From the NCBI GenBank assembly GCA_977017575.1, contig CDRNVI010000207.1:3984-67983 (forward strand): a DNA stretch of 64,000 nucleotides. Direction: 5' to 3'. The DNA comes from Paramoeba atlantica. Lineage: Eukaryota; Protista; Discosea. The notes under the pieces were generated by a model. The model made no database searches. It was not told the origin of the DNA and was given only the letters and a program-made list of their open reading frames with translations. This document shows, piece by piece, positions 38,149 through 51,487 of this stretch. Both the position numbers and the translations under genes were made by a program. Numbering within the stretch: position 1 is the first letter of the stretch; each line of letters begins with the position of its first letter.

Positions 38149-38469
38149 TGTAGTATAATGGCTTAGTTGGTAAAACAGCTATTACTTCAATTTAAGGTTG
38201 TAGATTCAAATTCCAAAAAGGAAAATATTAAAAACATTATTTTCTCTTCTTGCTCACTTGAATGTGAAAAACAAAATAAATTATTCTCTGCCCTGTCTGC
38301 TCAAAAGCAAAGAATAAATTCCCTGAGAAGGAGTTTAAGTGAATTAAAGATCTTTGAACCATTTGAACCTAAAGAAGTGAAACTTTATCCTTGTTATTTT
38401 TAACCTTAAAAAATTAGTGGCTTTGGGTTAGGTTATCACCTAATAAAGTCCAGTGTTAAAAAGAAAAAA
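38149..38469 (+). mobile_element. SINE family B copy 3
   Basis: Full-length copy, head-to-head with copy 2. Confidence 0.85.
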
Positions 38470-38728
38470 CCTTGACTATTGAGATTGATCTTAGATTCAA
38501 TTTTGTTTGTGTAGTTGTTTTTAATTCTCTAATCTTTCCAGAATTGGGAAAAAGTGCTTGAACATATGCCCCATTTCAACCTCTGATTACTGGATATTTA
38601 ATTATCTCATTATTTATTAATTGTTAGAATTTAATGTGTCTTTTATTAAAGTTAAGAACAGCACTGACTTTTGACAAAAATAGAGTTTTAAAGATGATAT
38701 CTGATGAAAAATCATCAAGTACAACAAA

Positions 38729-39200
38729 TCAGTGCTTTTTTCTTCCCCCAGAGATGTCAATCTCCAGGAAAACTTCCTCAGTTGACAATACTGATGATTT
38801 GTTGGCTAAGAAGATGTAATTTCCTCTGTAAGATCTCTGAAGTTTAGGAATTGCTTTGTTTAGAAATGTTCTTATCCTGCAAACTCTAGAATTACATAGT
38901 GTTTGTGTATTGATATTATTAACCATACAAGGAATAGTGAATAATTTATCTTTTATTTGGCAAATTTCAGGATTTAAGTCTCTAACTAAGTTACCAATAG
39001 AGATTGTGAAGTCTTTTTCACCCATTTTGACCATTACTTTATAATCCTGTTGTCCAATATTATGAGTAAATTTCTTTTTACTTTTAGAAAAAATTGACAA
39101 ACCATTTCCTTGATTTTTGAGCTCATCCAAAGTCACTTTTCCAGTCACCAAATCTTGAAAAGTATTCTCCAATTTTCTTCTCTTTTCTTTTTCCTTCTCT
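38729..39200 (-). pseudogene. Possible retropepsin-like (gag-PR) relic
   Basis: LFTIPCMVNNINTQTLCNSRVC resembles retropepsin IPC.IN....AL.DSGA with a decayed catalytic motif. Confidence 0.35.
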
Positions 39201-39803
39201 TGAGGGACTTTTCTTCCTCTTTTCCCTAGAAGTTTCTTATTCCAGTCAATAAATTTTATACAATTGTATTTTCAAGCTGCAAACTCACCATAACAAGTCA
39301 CAAATGATCTTCCACAAGTTCAATTTTTCTTTTTGTTATGAATTTCACAACACTTAACCAAAGACACTCCAAGCTTTTATAGTCACATCTTCCATGAAAA
39401 AGATAGTATTTCCTTCCAGAGTGGTTAACAACTTTCTGTTTCAATTCATTTAAAATGAAACATTTTTTAGGGAAATAACTACTCTGACAAAGGAAGCAGG
39501 TAATAGATCTTTCTTAACCCCTCCCCAGCCTTTCCTTTGTTCTTTGGTATTCATTTGTTTTCCTCACAGACAATTTATTCAAGCCCTGAGGATTCACTAC
39601 AACTTGGGTGAACTCAATATCTTCTAAGAAATTTTGAATCAGTTTATTTCAGACTTCTTCTTTCTCAGCCAACTTATTCCACTTTCTTTAAAAGGCTGGG
39701 TTCTCAAACTTTCTTCCAAAATTCCTTAACCAGTTTATTCAATATAGTATCTTTTGCCTTCAAAAAGAGATGAAAAAACTCAGAGGTGACAAGTTGAAAA
39801 TTG

Positions 39804-39950
39804 TTTTCTTTTTAACACTAGACTTTATTAAATAATAGCCTAACCCATCATACCACTAATTTTTTAAGGTTAAAAATAATGAGGATAGAGTTTCACTTCT
39901 TTAGGTTCAAATGGTTCAAAGACCTTTAATTCACTTAAACTTCTTCTTAG
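39804..39950 (-). mobile_element. SINE family B copy 4 (3' fragment)
   Basis: Matches the 3' ~145 bp of family B. Confidence 0.8.
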
Positions 39951-40044
39951 TTAAAAAAAACCCTTTGAAAACATCTAAAAGACTAAAGAATTCATTTGAT
40001 TCAATACCTCAATCAAAGCCAAGTATTTCATTTAAACACATAAT

Positions 40045-40364
40045 TGTGGTATGATGGCTTAGTTGGTAAAACAGCTATTACTTCAATTTGGGGTTGCAGG
40101 TTCAAGTCCCAAAGAGGAAAATATTAAAAATATTATTTTTTCTTCCTGCTCACTTGAATGTAAAAAACAAAATAGATTATTCTTTGCCCTGTCTGCTAAA
40201 AAGCAGAGAATAAATTCCCTGAGAAGGAGTTTAAGTGAATTAAAAGTCTTTAAATCATTTGAACCTAAAGAGGTGAAACTCTATCCTTGTTATCTTTAAC
40301 CTAAAAAAATTAGTGATTTTGAGTTAAGCCATCACCTAATAAAGTCCAGTGTTAAAAAGAAAAA
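40045..40364 (+). mobile_element. SINE family B copy 5
   Basis: Full length. TSD AAGTATT(T/C)CATTT(A/G)AACAC. Confidence 0.88.
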
Positions 40365-40837
40365 AAGTATTCCATTTGAACACCAACCTGACTATACCAC
40401 CTCTTTGTTAAGTGCCCCTTCTGTAGGATGAACCATCTTGCGAGCCTTACTTGTACTGCAGAGATCATCTAGAAACAAAGAGAAGATGCCATTAGCAAGC
40501 TTTTTGAAGAAGAGCAACAAAGCTCTAGTCTTGAGAAAGATCAAATTGTAATCACAAACACAAAGAAGTATGAAAAAATGAAATTTATTTCCAAAAAAGA
40601 AATGCCAACTGATGAACAGGTCTCTAAGGAAAAAAATGAAATTGCTGAAACAGAGAGTGAGGAGGAAGGAATGAGCAATAGCTTTGAAATGCAAGGTAAG
40701 AATGAACAAGAAAAGAGGGGAGTGAACAAACAGAAAAAAAAGAATAAAGATGGTGATAGAGATATAATTATGATTGAAGGGAGAAAGGCTGATAGTGAGG
40801 AAAAAAACAAGGAGAAAGGAAAGAATGATGGATCAGA

Positions 40838-41258
40838 GGGTTGGTGCCTGTAGTTTAGTCGTAAATTCAACTATGTCCAACCCCGGGGGGGTGAGTTCAA
40901 ATTTCAGTTTTTCGATATTATAGAAAATTTTTCTGGTGCTGTAGAGTGATTTGATTGGAGTGAGGAGCTCTTGAAGAAGTGTAAAAATTGGAACAGGTTA
41001 CATCTCAGCCCTGTCTGCTAAAAAGTTGAGGATAAATTCCCTTGAAAGGAGCTTTGGATTATTCTCCCTTTTGATGTGCATCCTCCAGCCTGAACTTGCA
41101 GAAGTTCTAAAGTTCAGCATAAAGACCAACTGAACTAAGCTGAAGTTTAAAACTTCACCTCTCATTAGAGGTTAAAAACAAATATAATTTAATGTAATTC
41201 AAATGGCTTAGATTAAGAACTACTAATTGAATAAAGTTTGCTTCAAAAAGAAAAAAAA
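40838..41258 (+). mobile_element. SINE family A copy 6
   Basis: Full length. TSD AAAGAATGATG(G/A)ATCAG. Confidence 0.9.
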
Positions 41259-41749
41259 GAATGATGAATCAGTTACAGTGAAAATCCCTTTGGAAGGAGG
41301 AATGATTGAAGAAATGAGTTTTGGTATAAGTGAGAAAGCTTAAGTATGGCTGGAGGATCTCTCAACCAAATTCAGGTGGAAGTAAGGAATGAAAGAATTC
41401 AAAAAAAAAGTTACAAACTTTGAAAATAGGGAATATGAATTACTAAATGAAAAGCTTCAACAAGTTTTGATTGAAGTGGTTAAATTTATCACTTCAAACA
41501 CCTTTAGATTCAAGAAGAGACTGTAACAATTATCAGCTGAAGAAACAAGGAAAATAATCAATAAAGATAAGAAAAAAGTGAGGCAAAGCAAAAAGAAATT
41601 GAAAGACATCACAGACAAAATGTTGGAGGCCAAAAAATCAAATGCAATTTCCAAAACCATTCCTGTGGGGAAGGAAAAAAGTGGTGGGGTGAGAATTTCC
41701 CTTCCCCTTCTTCCTCCACTGGTGTCCCTTCTCTTTCTCCTTCCACTGG

Positions 41750-42058
41750 TTTTTTCTTTTTAACACTGGACTTTATTAGATGATAGCCTAACCCAAAGCC
41801 ATTAATTTTTTAAGGTTAAAGATAACAAGGATAGAATTTTACCTCTTTAGGTTCAAATGGTCCAAAGACCTTTAATTCACTTAAACTCCTTCTCAGGGAA
41901 TTTATTCTCTGCTTTTTAGTAAATAGGGCAGAAGATAATCTGTTCTGTTTTTTATATTCAAGTGAGCAGGAAGAGAAAATAATATTTTTAATATTTTCCT
42001 CTTTGAGATTTGAACCTGCAACCCTGAACTGTTTTACCAACTAAGCCATCATGCTACA
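41750..42058 (-). mobile_element. SINE family B copy 6 (small deletion in head)
   Basis: Reverse-complement copy with A and B boxes. Confidence 0.85.
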
Positions 42059-42059
42059 A

Positions 42060-42880
42060 TTATGCTTTGGCATTTCCTTTCCTTGCTGAAACTCCTTTGA
42101 GGCTTTTTGGTTGGTTGATTTTTGCCAAGGAAGATGATGGTCAGTGTTCAAGGCCTTGATAAAGAGATAACCAGAACTTGGAAAAAGAGAATTCACTCTG
42201 TTCAATTGAATCTTTTCTTTAATCAACAGTGTTGAGTAAACAAGTTCAAAAACATTTCTTGGATTGAATGGTTTGAAGAGGTTCAACTTCTCTAAAATCA
42301 CTTGGTTGGTTGCAGGGAAATCATTTTCTTGAATAAAAACAAAAACTTCATTCAACAATGAATTGAAGAATTCTTTCTTACTTAGAACTAGCAAATAATT
42401 CTTTAAAAGTAGAAGTGGGCACTAAGTTAGTGATGTTGATGGATCCTATGGTTCATCATAAGAATTAGAATGGAATTGTTGAACATGGTCAAGTGTTGGT
42501 ATGTTTGAAATCATTAGCTCAAAAGTTAGTGGATTGGTGTTTAATTGTAATTGTTTCATTTTTGTTGAAGAAGAATGAAGTATTAATTAATTGGAAACAA
42601 GTTTTTCAGGTTGTAAGGATTGGTTAATTTCAGTTGATGAAAGAGATTATTGAAGTTCTAGTGATTAGGGAAGTGGAAAACTTTGTGAAAATGAGGTTGT
42701 TGGTAATGAGTGATTAGTTTTCTTATTTGTGTTGGTTTTTTTTTGCTTTTTTTCATTTGGAAGGGAATTGAAAATGTAATCTTCTGAATGGTTGTATCAT
42801 GTGGAACACAGGAAGGGTTTTGAAGTTTGTTTCTTATTATTTTGAGGATGTGTAGTTTGAGGTCACTTGAGAATCATTGA
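42060..42880. repeat. Unclassified repeat D, copy 1
   Basis: 42060-42470 aligns with ~55070-55490, and 42470-42880 aligns with ~54620-55030. Confidence 0.7.
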
Positions 42881-43370
42881 GGGAAGGAGAAAAAAGAAGA
42901 AGAAAAAAAAAAGAGAAAAAAAAAAGAATAAAAAGAAAGAATAAAAAGAAAGAAAAAAAAAGAAAAAAAAAAGGGAAAAAAAACAAAAGAAAAAAAAAAA
43001 AAAAAAGAAAAACAAAATGATCAAACAGAAACACAATCTTCTCTTCACACACTTTCCAAGACACTAAACTCTTATTTGTTTTTACAAGTTCTCATACAGT
43101 TGAAAAACAAAAACAATCAAATAATAAAGGTGAAGGAGGAGAGAGAGAGGAGAATAACTATTCTTAGATGGCTCTGAAAAATGAACAGGAAGAAACAATA
43201 ATATCAAGAGTTTTTTGGTGATAATGTCCATAAAGAAGAAAAGAAAAAATCATGGATAATTGGTTGACAGAGCAAGAATTCCATTTTTAATCTCCTTCTT
43301 TTTTTTTTTATGATTGAATTCATTTTTTTCTTTTGAGATTGAATCTAGCAAGCATTTTGAAAAAAAAAGC
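42880..43370 (+). repeat. Unclassified interspersed repeat C, copy 2
   Basis: Aligns with ~23040-23600. Confidence 0.7.
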
Positions 43371-43538
43371 ATAACAAGATTGCAATTCTTGAAATCAATA
43401 TCCCAAACCAGTCACATAGTCAAAACAATCTTCGAAATTGATTAATAGCAAAGACAACCAAATCTCAAACAACAAAAGAAAGAAAACAATTCAATAAAGA
43501 GAAGTAATGGGGGTCATCCAACCACGAAAGTTAGTTTC

Positions 43539-46500
43539 TCATCCCAGAAAGTCTAAATCTGAGTCCTTGTCCAATACCAGCCTGTTTGACTCAAAACTTT
43601 CCTTTTCACTTGTCTCCATTTCTGAATCTGGACTTTCTTTTCTTTCACTTAATTTTCCCTCAAATCTTGAATCTTCCTCTTCCAACTCAATATCAGAACT
43701 TGATTCTTCTTCTCTACCTACTGCTGAAGTGATTGCATTTGTTCTCCTAAACTGGAAAAGAAGGTGATTTCCTTTCAATGAAGCTGCTCCAACCCATGAA
43801 TTCTTCTTTTGGCCATAACCTAACCATTCAACTAAATATTCTTTTTTCTCATTACCTCTTTCAGCAAGTATTTTTGTTATCTCAACTCCTGGTACATCTC
43901 ACAAAGTTGTGACTCTACATTTCTTAACTCTTCTGATATTCATGAGATGCAGCAGCATTTCTTGAGAATGGATGTTTCTGAGGGCAACAGCATGATTATT
44001 GGGCTTTTCTACCACCTGGTAAATTACATTCCCATATTTTGGTAATAATTTTGGGTTGAGGCCTTTCTTCTTGAGTTTCCTCTCACACAAAACTAAATCT
44101 CTGACCAGCAAAGTTTCTCTCACAGGGTTTCTTTTCTCCTGATCCAACTGTGATTTCTTCCTTGAAGAACTAACATGTTCTCTAACTAATTCGAAAATCA
44201 CAAGCAATTCCTGTTGTAAAGATTTAATATACTTGCTTCTTGTCATTGTGGGTTTGGATGCAATGTTCCAATGAACTTCTAAGGGTAATATGGCCTGTCT
44301 TGCAAACATTAGAAAATAAGGAGTGAAATTTGTTGTTGAACTCTGGGTGGTGTTGAATGCAAGCTGCAAAAGTGGTAAGAATGTGTCCCAATTATCCTGT
44401 CTTGTATTAACATAAGCTTTGAACATGTCCTTGAGTGTTCTTCAGGGTCTTTCGACCGCTCCATTTGCTTTTGGGTTGAAACTAGTTGTGCATTTCAGGT
44501 TCACTCCCATCATTTTTCCAAACTCAGTGGTCAGTTTTGCATCAAATTCACATCCCTGATCTGAAATAATCTTCACTGGGCAGCTGAAAGTACAGACATA
44601 ATCCAGCAGTTTGTTTGCAGTAAGAATGGTTGAAACTCCTTTTGTTGCATAGAATCTGTGAAATTTTGTGAACCTGTCTGAAATATTTAGAATGTGATTG
44701 TTGCCCCAGGTTGTTCTGCTGACTCAGGTGTTATCAACATGCAAAATGATTCCTGGAAATCCCTCTGGTTCTATTTCTTCTCCAGCTGGAGGTTGGTCCA
44801 CTCTTCCAGTTTTGTTGAGTTGGCAAGTTAGGCAAGTTCTGCAAAATTGTTGCACTACAGTGTACATCTTTGGGAAATAGAATCTGGATTTGATTTTTAA
44901 GTAAGTTAATAAACCTCCAAGATGTCCAGTGATTGGGTTAACATGAAATTGGAGAAGTGCTGCACCTATTAAATGGTCAGGAAGTACTGCTGGTGGAAGT
45001 GCATTTGGGAGGACACTTGGGTCTACTTTTCTGAGAATCCCATTTGCAAGGTAAAAATCTCCTTCCTTTCTCTGCAATCTGTTCTTCTCATTCTTATCTT
45101 TTGGCCATTTTCCTGTTTCCAATCTTCTCTTAATTGATTTGATCCAGTTATTCTTATCCTGTTCTTTGATTAGTTTCCTATCATCTATTAAGAATTCTGA
45201 TGGGTGTTTGCTCTTGTAATCTGTTAATGGTTTGTTAGTTTCACTTTCCTCTTCTGAATCTTTTCTTTTTCCTGATTCTGAATCTTGTTCTTCTTCACTT
45301 ATCTCCATTTCTTTACTTTTCACTCTCTTCTTCTGTTTTCTAGTTCTCAATCTGTGAGTCATGGTTTCAGAAGATTCCTGGACAGGCTGGCATGGCTTAG
45401 ACAACACATTCGTACATTCACAGCACAATTTGTGAGTATCAGGATTCTCATAAAAATTTTGAGTATCAGAATCTCCACTAACCAACTGAGAAGAACAATT
45501 TTCAGAATTGAAACCAGCAGGGGTTTGTACATCATGAATATTGACACTCTCAGGCTTATCACTTGTCTCAACAGAACAGCTACCATTGTTGAGTAAGCTT
45601 CTACATCCATCTCCACTGGATGGACACCATTTCATACCATCAACATGGGTTTTCTTTTTCAAATCACACAATGATTCTTGAACTGCCAGTCCCAGGACTT
45701 TGTCTTCCACTCTCAAACCTGGGAGAGGGGCTGTGCCAAACACAAATTCTCTTCCGTCTATCTCATATCATTTCCCAGAACGTTTCCAATCAACTTGAGC
45801 ATCCATTTCAACTTCCCTTGAGTCCTCATTGACATTGGATTCCTTATGTGCTTGGAGAACAGAAACTGGATTGACTGAAATACAGTCTCCATCACCCAAA
45901 GCAGGATTTCTGTCAAACCCTTGATTCATCTCATTCTCCTTCATTAGATTAAACAAAGGGTCTCCAGTCAAAGAGCCATTCATAATCCCCAATTTAGTTG
46001 AACTTGAATCCTCAATTATCTGGAGTTCAGAGTATGATTGACCTGAGGATTCTTGGTTTGTTGTTGGCCTCTGAACACCCAAATCCTGAATCTTGTGTTC
46101 CTTAGGACCGACTTTTACTCTCAAATCTTGAATGCACAGACTTCTTTCCCCAAGTTTTCGAATATCATCTTTCTCACTACTATAAACAGGTTTAGAAGAC
46201 CCAACAAGTTCCGGAGAGCAAGGAGTTTCTTCTAATAGTTTATCTCTCAATTCTTCCGACTGAATTGACTTTTTTCTTCTTGGTTTCTTTGCAGAAATTG
46301 CATTCACCATTGTACCACTTTTCTTCTCTGAAACAGATTCAAATATCCACTCTGTACAACTTTCATCACTTGAAGTTCTCACCACCAAATCATATCCTAT
46401 TATTGGCTGATTTTCCATAATAAAGTTAACTGTATGGTTCAGTTTTCCTCTGAGGTTACCAACTCGTTCATTCACATCAGTTCCTTGGCCTGGAAATTGA

Positions 46501-49110
46501 AGAGGTAAATCACCAATCTTCCCACAATATTCAGGAGGATCACCTTCATATTTCACATAATTGGCTTGACTCAATGCATCAGGACCAGTCATTTTACTTC
46601 CAGGAGCATGCATAATGTACATATCATAACCCAACAGGCAAGTGGCTAATTTGTCAAGTGTCTGACTTGTCGAAGGAGTTTTAAATGTTGTCACCAAAGC
46701 CAAATGATCTGTATACACATAGAAAGAGCGCCCATGGACATACTATCTGAAATAAGTAACAGCCCAAACAACACCAATACATTCCAAAACAGAAGCTGTC
46801 ATCTTCTTCTGTGCAACTTTGAGAGGAGCACTTGCAAAGGCAATCACTCTGTGACGCTCATTTTCATCCAACTGAGTAAGGATTGTGCCCAAACTGTTCT
46901 TGCTGGCATCAACATGAACATGGAAAGGTTTCTCAAATTCAGGGTAAGCCAACATGGGAGGTTCTACCAAAGCTTTCTTGATAGATTCAAATTCCTCAAT
47001 GTGATCTTCTTCCATCTTGAAAGGCTCTTTCCCATGCAACAACTTCTGGAGATTAATTGTTTTGAGGAAGTATTCTGAATAAATTTTGCAACCCAGGTAA
47101 TGAGTCCCAAAAATCAGTGCAAGGCAGGTCGATCCTCTGGCATTGGGTAATCAAGAATTGCAGACACCTTCTTAGGATTTGGAGAAACACCATCACCAGA
47201 ACAGATGTGTCCGAGAATCTCGAATTCAGGTTGAGCAAATGAACATTTCTTAGTATTCACCATAAGGCCTGCATCTCACAATCTCTGGAGCAATTGTTTG
47301 ATTTTTTCAATGTGCTCTTCTTCTGTTTGGGAGAAAATAACAATGTCATCAACATAAACCATACAACAATCCCAAAGCATTCCATCCAAGACTTTCTCAA
47401 TAAATCTTTGTTGAGTTGCAAGAGCATTAGTCAAACCAAAAGGCATACTGATCCACTGCCAAAGACCATATTTCGAAATAAAAGCAGTTTTCTCTCTATC
47501 TTCCTTACTGATTGGAATGGACCAGAAAGCAGAGCTCAGATTGACAGTTGAGTAATATTTTGCATTCCCCAAGGTGTTCAAAATATCATTCAAACTAGAC
47601 AAAGGATAGGCATCTTTCTTGGTGACTTTGTTGAGGCATCGATAGTCAATACAAAATCGAATTTTTCCATCTTTCTTATCAACCAAGTGGATTGGGGCTG
47701 CCCAGGGAGAGTTTGAGGGTTCAATCACATTTCTTTTGTGCATATCCGAAATATGGCCATGAATCAATTGATCTTGAGCAAAAGTCGTCTTCCTCACTCT
47801 TTCTCTGATTGGTTGGGTGCCAGGTTCCACCTCAATTGGGTGTTCGGCTAAGGTTGTTCTTTGGAGTTTCTCTTGTTTAGTCCAAACATCCTCATAGTCC
47901 ATCAAACTTTTTCAACTTGTCAGGCTTCAAAACACAACCCTCCAGTTTGAATTCATTTAGAATCTTCGGAAAATCAGCACAAAAATCTTCCAATTCTTCC
48001 TTTGTGACATCCTTGTCACTCCTATCTCTGGCAGCAGCAGCTCTTTTGACAAGAATTGCATTCAGAATATTGGTATTTTCCAAAGTCATTTCATCATCAT
48101 CATCTTCTGCCAGTACACTCTTCAAATTCTTGAAATCATCAATGGGACTAGTTTCATTGGGATCATCAATGGACTCAGGGGTGCACTCCTGGAAAAGATT
48201 GGAGTCTGGGATCTCAGTAATTATGATGTTGTTAAAATCACTTTTCTCACAATAAACAACATGAGCAATTGGCTTGGAATTGTCCAATTGGACTTCTTGA
48301 AAGCGAGGATTCGAAATAGCAACATAAGATTCTCCACCCTCCATTCTTACTAGGCCCTCTTGGAGTACGAGATCTCAACAATATCTATGGACTGGCATGA
48401 CATAACCATCACTTTCACCTTGGTAATTTGTATCTTTGGACATTTTTTCAGAAACTTTCAATTTCACAACTCTTCTTGAACAGGGTGGGATTTTCACAGC
48501 TTGTGAGTAAAGAAGAGCAACAGGTTGAGGATTGGGAACCACGCTTGCAATGACAGTTTCCTTTTTCTTTTTCACAGAGAAGGGAACAGAAATACCACCA
48601 TGAGGAATCACAAATCCACAGCTGTTCATAATATCCAAACCCACATCAACTTGGTAACCCAGGCCAAAAATTACGTCCAAAGTCAAATTGTTCAAGACAG
48701 AAAAATAAATGTTCCTCTTCACAGATCCCAAAACAACTGGCAAGGCTACTCTCCCCAAATGTTGTAAAGCATCACCACCAGCAGAGAGAAATCAACTCAA
48801 ATGTCTTGCTTTTTCTAAGGTTAAGTGACTAAAATGTTTCTGGTAAAAATCACCACTAATGCAGTCAACTGTTGCTCCAGAATCGATTGCAAACACCACT
48901 TCTTTGTTCCCCAATTTTCCTTTCACCAATAAGGGTGTATCAGTGTTAAGTTCAACTGCATCAATTTCAAGGTGGTTTTCTGCTTCTTCTCTTTGTTTTG
49001 TCACTTCCACTGGGTTGGGAAGGCCTTGAATCACCAAAACAGATTGTGTCTTGACTTGTGAGTCCTTTAATTGGAGATTTGGTTGTTGGTGAATCCTGCC
49101 CATTTTCCCT
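43539..49110 (-). pseudogene. pol: gypsy-C pol: retropepsin, RT, RNase H, integrase, chromodomain (frameshifted)
   Basis: PR VFAIDSGATVDCIS (~48880). RT KIRFCIDYRCLNKVTKKDAYPL, SMPFGLTNA, YVDD. RH HVHVDASK, LECIGVVWA, YTDH. IN HHCC (HVNPITGH...CRTC), HVD, ISDQGCEF, NGAVE. Chromodomain EYLVEWLGYGQKKNSWV (~43790-43840). Confidence 0.9.
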
Positions 49111-49394
49111 GACTGATTTTGGATTATTAGTGAGAAAGTTCCAGTTTTTGTGATTTTTCCTTCCTTTTCTTAAGGTGGTGACTTTCAAACCTCTTCTTTT
49201 GTGACTTCTTTTGTTTTGTTTCATCCCTTTGTGACTCTTGAGGATATTTGAGACCCAAATAACTGGTTTGGAAATTTGTTTCTCTTTTCTTGGCTCTGTT
49301 TTGGTTAATTTTTGAGAAAAAAGAACTCTGATTTGAAGCACTTGTGTTTTGGAATCGATTTTTGCACTGATTTTGTGCCCCATTCTCTTTCTTT

Positions 49395-50830
49395 GTTGAT
49401 TCTCAAGGTTATTTAAAGCTTCAGACAAATTTTTGGAAATTTATCTTGATTTTTGACCTTGTTTTGTTGGAATTTCTGGAAATTTCCTCTCTTTGGGCAA
49501 ATTCTGTTCCAAGGCTGTTTTCTTGTTGGTTTTTCCTCTTTGTTTGTCTTTTATTGATTCTCAAGGTGATTCAAAGCTTTTGACAAATTTTTAGAATTCA
49601 ATTCCCTCTCTCAACCTTGTTTCGGTGGAATCTCTGAAAAAAAAAAATACTTTTATTTAAAACAATTAAGCTTCAAAGTTGTTTTCTTTTGATTTTGCTT
49701 TTTGACTTTGCTTTTTGATGATTACTAGAACAATTCAAAGTCCCTTGCGAATTTTCAGAATTTGATTCTCTCTCTGGACCTTGTTTTGAATTGGATTCCC
49801 CTTTTGACCTTGTTTTTATGGAATATTGTGAAAAGACTTATTTGAATCAATTGTGTTTTGGACATGTGTTCTCAATAGTCTTCTCTTCTATTTTGTTGTG
49901 GATGATTCTTGAAGTGTTTGGAAGCTTTTGGTGACCTTTCAGAAATTTATTCCTCGTTTTGACCTTGTTCTGGCAGAATTTCTAAAAGATTTCTCTCTTT
50001 GAGTTCTTGTGTTTTGGAAGATTTCTCTCTTTGAGCCCTTTGTGTTTTGGAATTGTTTTTGGACAGTTTCTTTTCCCTTTCTTGTTTGTTGGTGACTCTT
50101 GAGGTGTTTGGGAGTTACCAAGTGGCTTTTCAGAAGGTTATTTCCTATTCTGATCTTGTTCCAGTGAAATTTTCAAAGAACCTCTGTTTTGAACAATTTG
50201 AGACAATTATATTTGGACTTGTTTTCCTTTATTTTGTCCCTTGGCAATCTTCAAGACATTTCGAACAATCCCTGTAATTTTTGGAAATTTATCCTCTTTT
50301 CTGGGCCTGTTCTTGTGGAAATTCGAAAACTTCCCCACAGTGATTGGATCTTGTTTTGAACTGTTCTTTTGAGTGGTTTTCTCTTCCCTTCTCTTGCTTT
50401 TCGATGATTCTAGTGGCAACCTAAGACTTTTGATAATTTCTGAAGTTCTGTTCCCTTTTTGAAGTCATTTGAGCAATATTTTGGAAACACCCTGTTTTGA
50501 CCAGTTCTGAGCAAGGTCATCTGGATCAGTTCTATTCCGTGGTTTTTTTTCCTCTTATTTTGTTTTTAGTTGATTTTTGAAACATCTTGAACAATCCCCA
50601 TAATTTTTGGAAATTTACCCACTGTTTTGTGCCCTGTTTGCAGAATTTTTGAGAACCACACATTGACTGGATTGCCCTCTGAATTGCTCTGCTTAGTAGC
50701 TTTATTGTTCTTGTTTTGTTCTTCGATGATTCTATTAGCATTAAAAGATTTTCAACAAATTTGAGAAGTTTGTTCCTCTCTTTTGAGCCTGTTTGAGTGA
50801 CACTCTAGAAATACCCTGTTTGGCCAATTT
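49395..50830. repeat. Diverged tandem array of ~160-170-bp units (about 9) inside gypsy C
   Basis: Recurrent GATTCT..AAG..TT..GAAATT....GACCTTGTT motifs at ~49395, 49556, 49725, 49900, 50090, 50240, 50400, 50570 and 50725. Confidence 0.6.
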
Positions 50831-51487
50831 TCAAGTTAATTAAATTTGAAGTTATTTCCTTTAGTGGTTTTTCAGTTCTCTGCTTACTCCTTTGGTGATT
50901 TGCAAAACATTGTTACTCCTTTTGACGATTTCTTAAGAAATTACCCTCAATCTCAGTTCTGTTTTAGTGGTATTTCAGAAAGTTTTGTTTGTGTGATTGT
51001 GAGGATTCCTGATTTTTCTTTTGTGACCTACTGATTTTGAATGTGTTCTCCCCTTCATCCTTGAGTTGAATTTGTGGATAACCTTCCTTGTAGAATTTTG
51101 TGGGACAGGAAAGACCTTTCTGAGATTATATTCTTTCTGAATCATTTTTGAGCCAATTTCTTGGATTCTCAAATATTTCATTTGATTTCCTGAGTTTGCG
51201 ATCGAACCTTGCATTGTTTGAGTCAGTATTGGTGACAAATCACTTTTAAATTTATTGAAGTTCTCTCTTGGATTGGACCTTCTTTAGAAACAATCCCCTT
51301 GTTGGTTATTCTGGACTCTCATTGTTCTGTGGGCTCCAAGTTTCAGATATTCTCTTGTATTTTCTGCCAGAGTGACTCTCTGTTTTTATATTTGGATTAC
51401 TGAGTTCTTTTGTGGCCTTGTTTGCTCTTTACTCAAGCGAGATGACAAGACACCCCTCTCTTCTGAACTCTTTCCCATTGTTTTAGA

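Noticed and set aside
37137-42040. Recurrent ~78-aa ORF MVKQLLLQ...
   Set aside because: Starts at a TTG inside the SINE-B A box; a by-product of the repeat, with no recognisable protein features.
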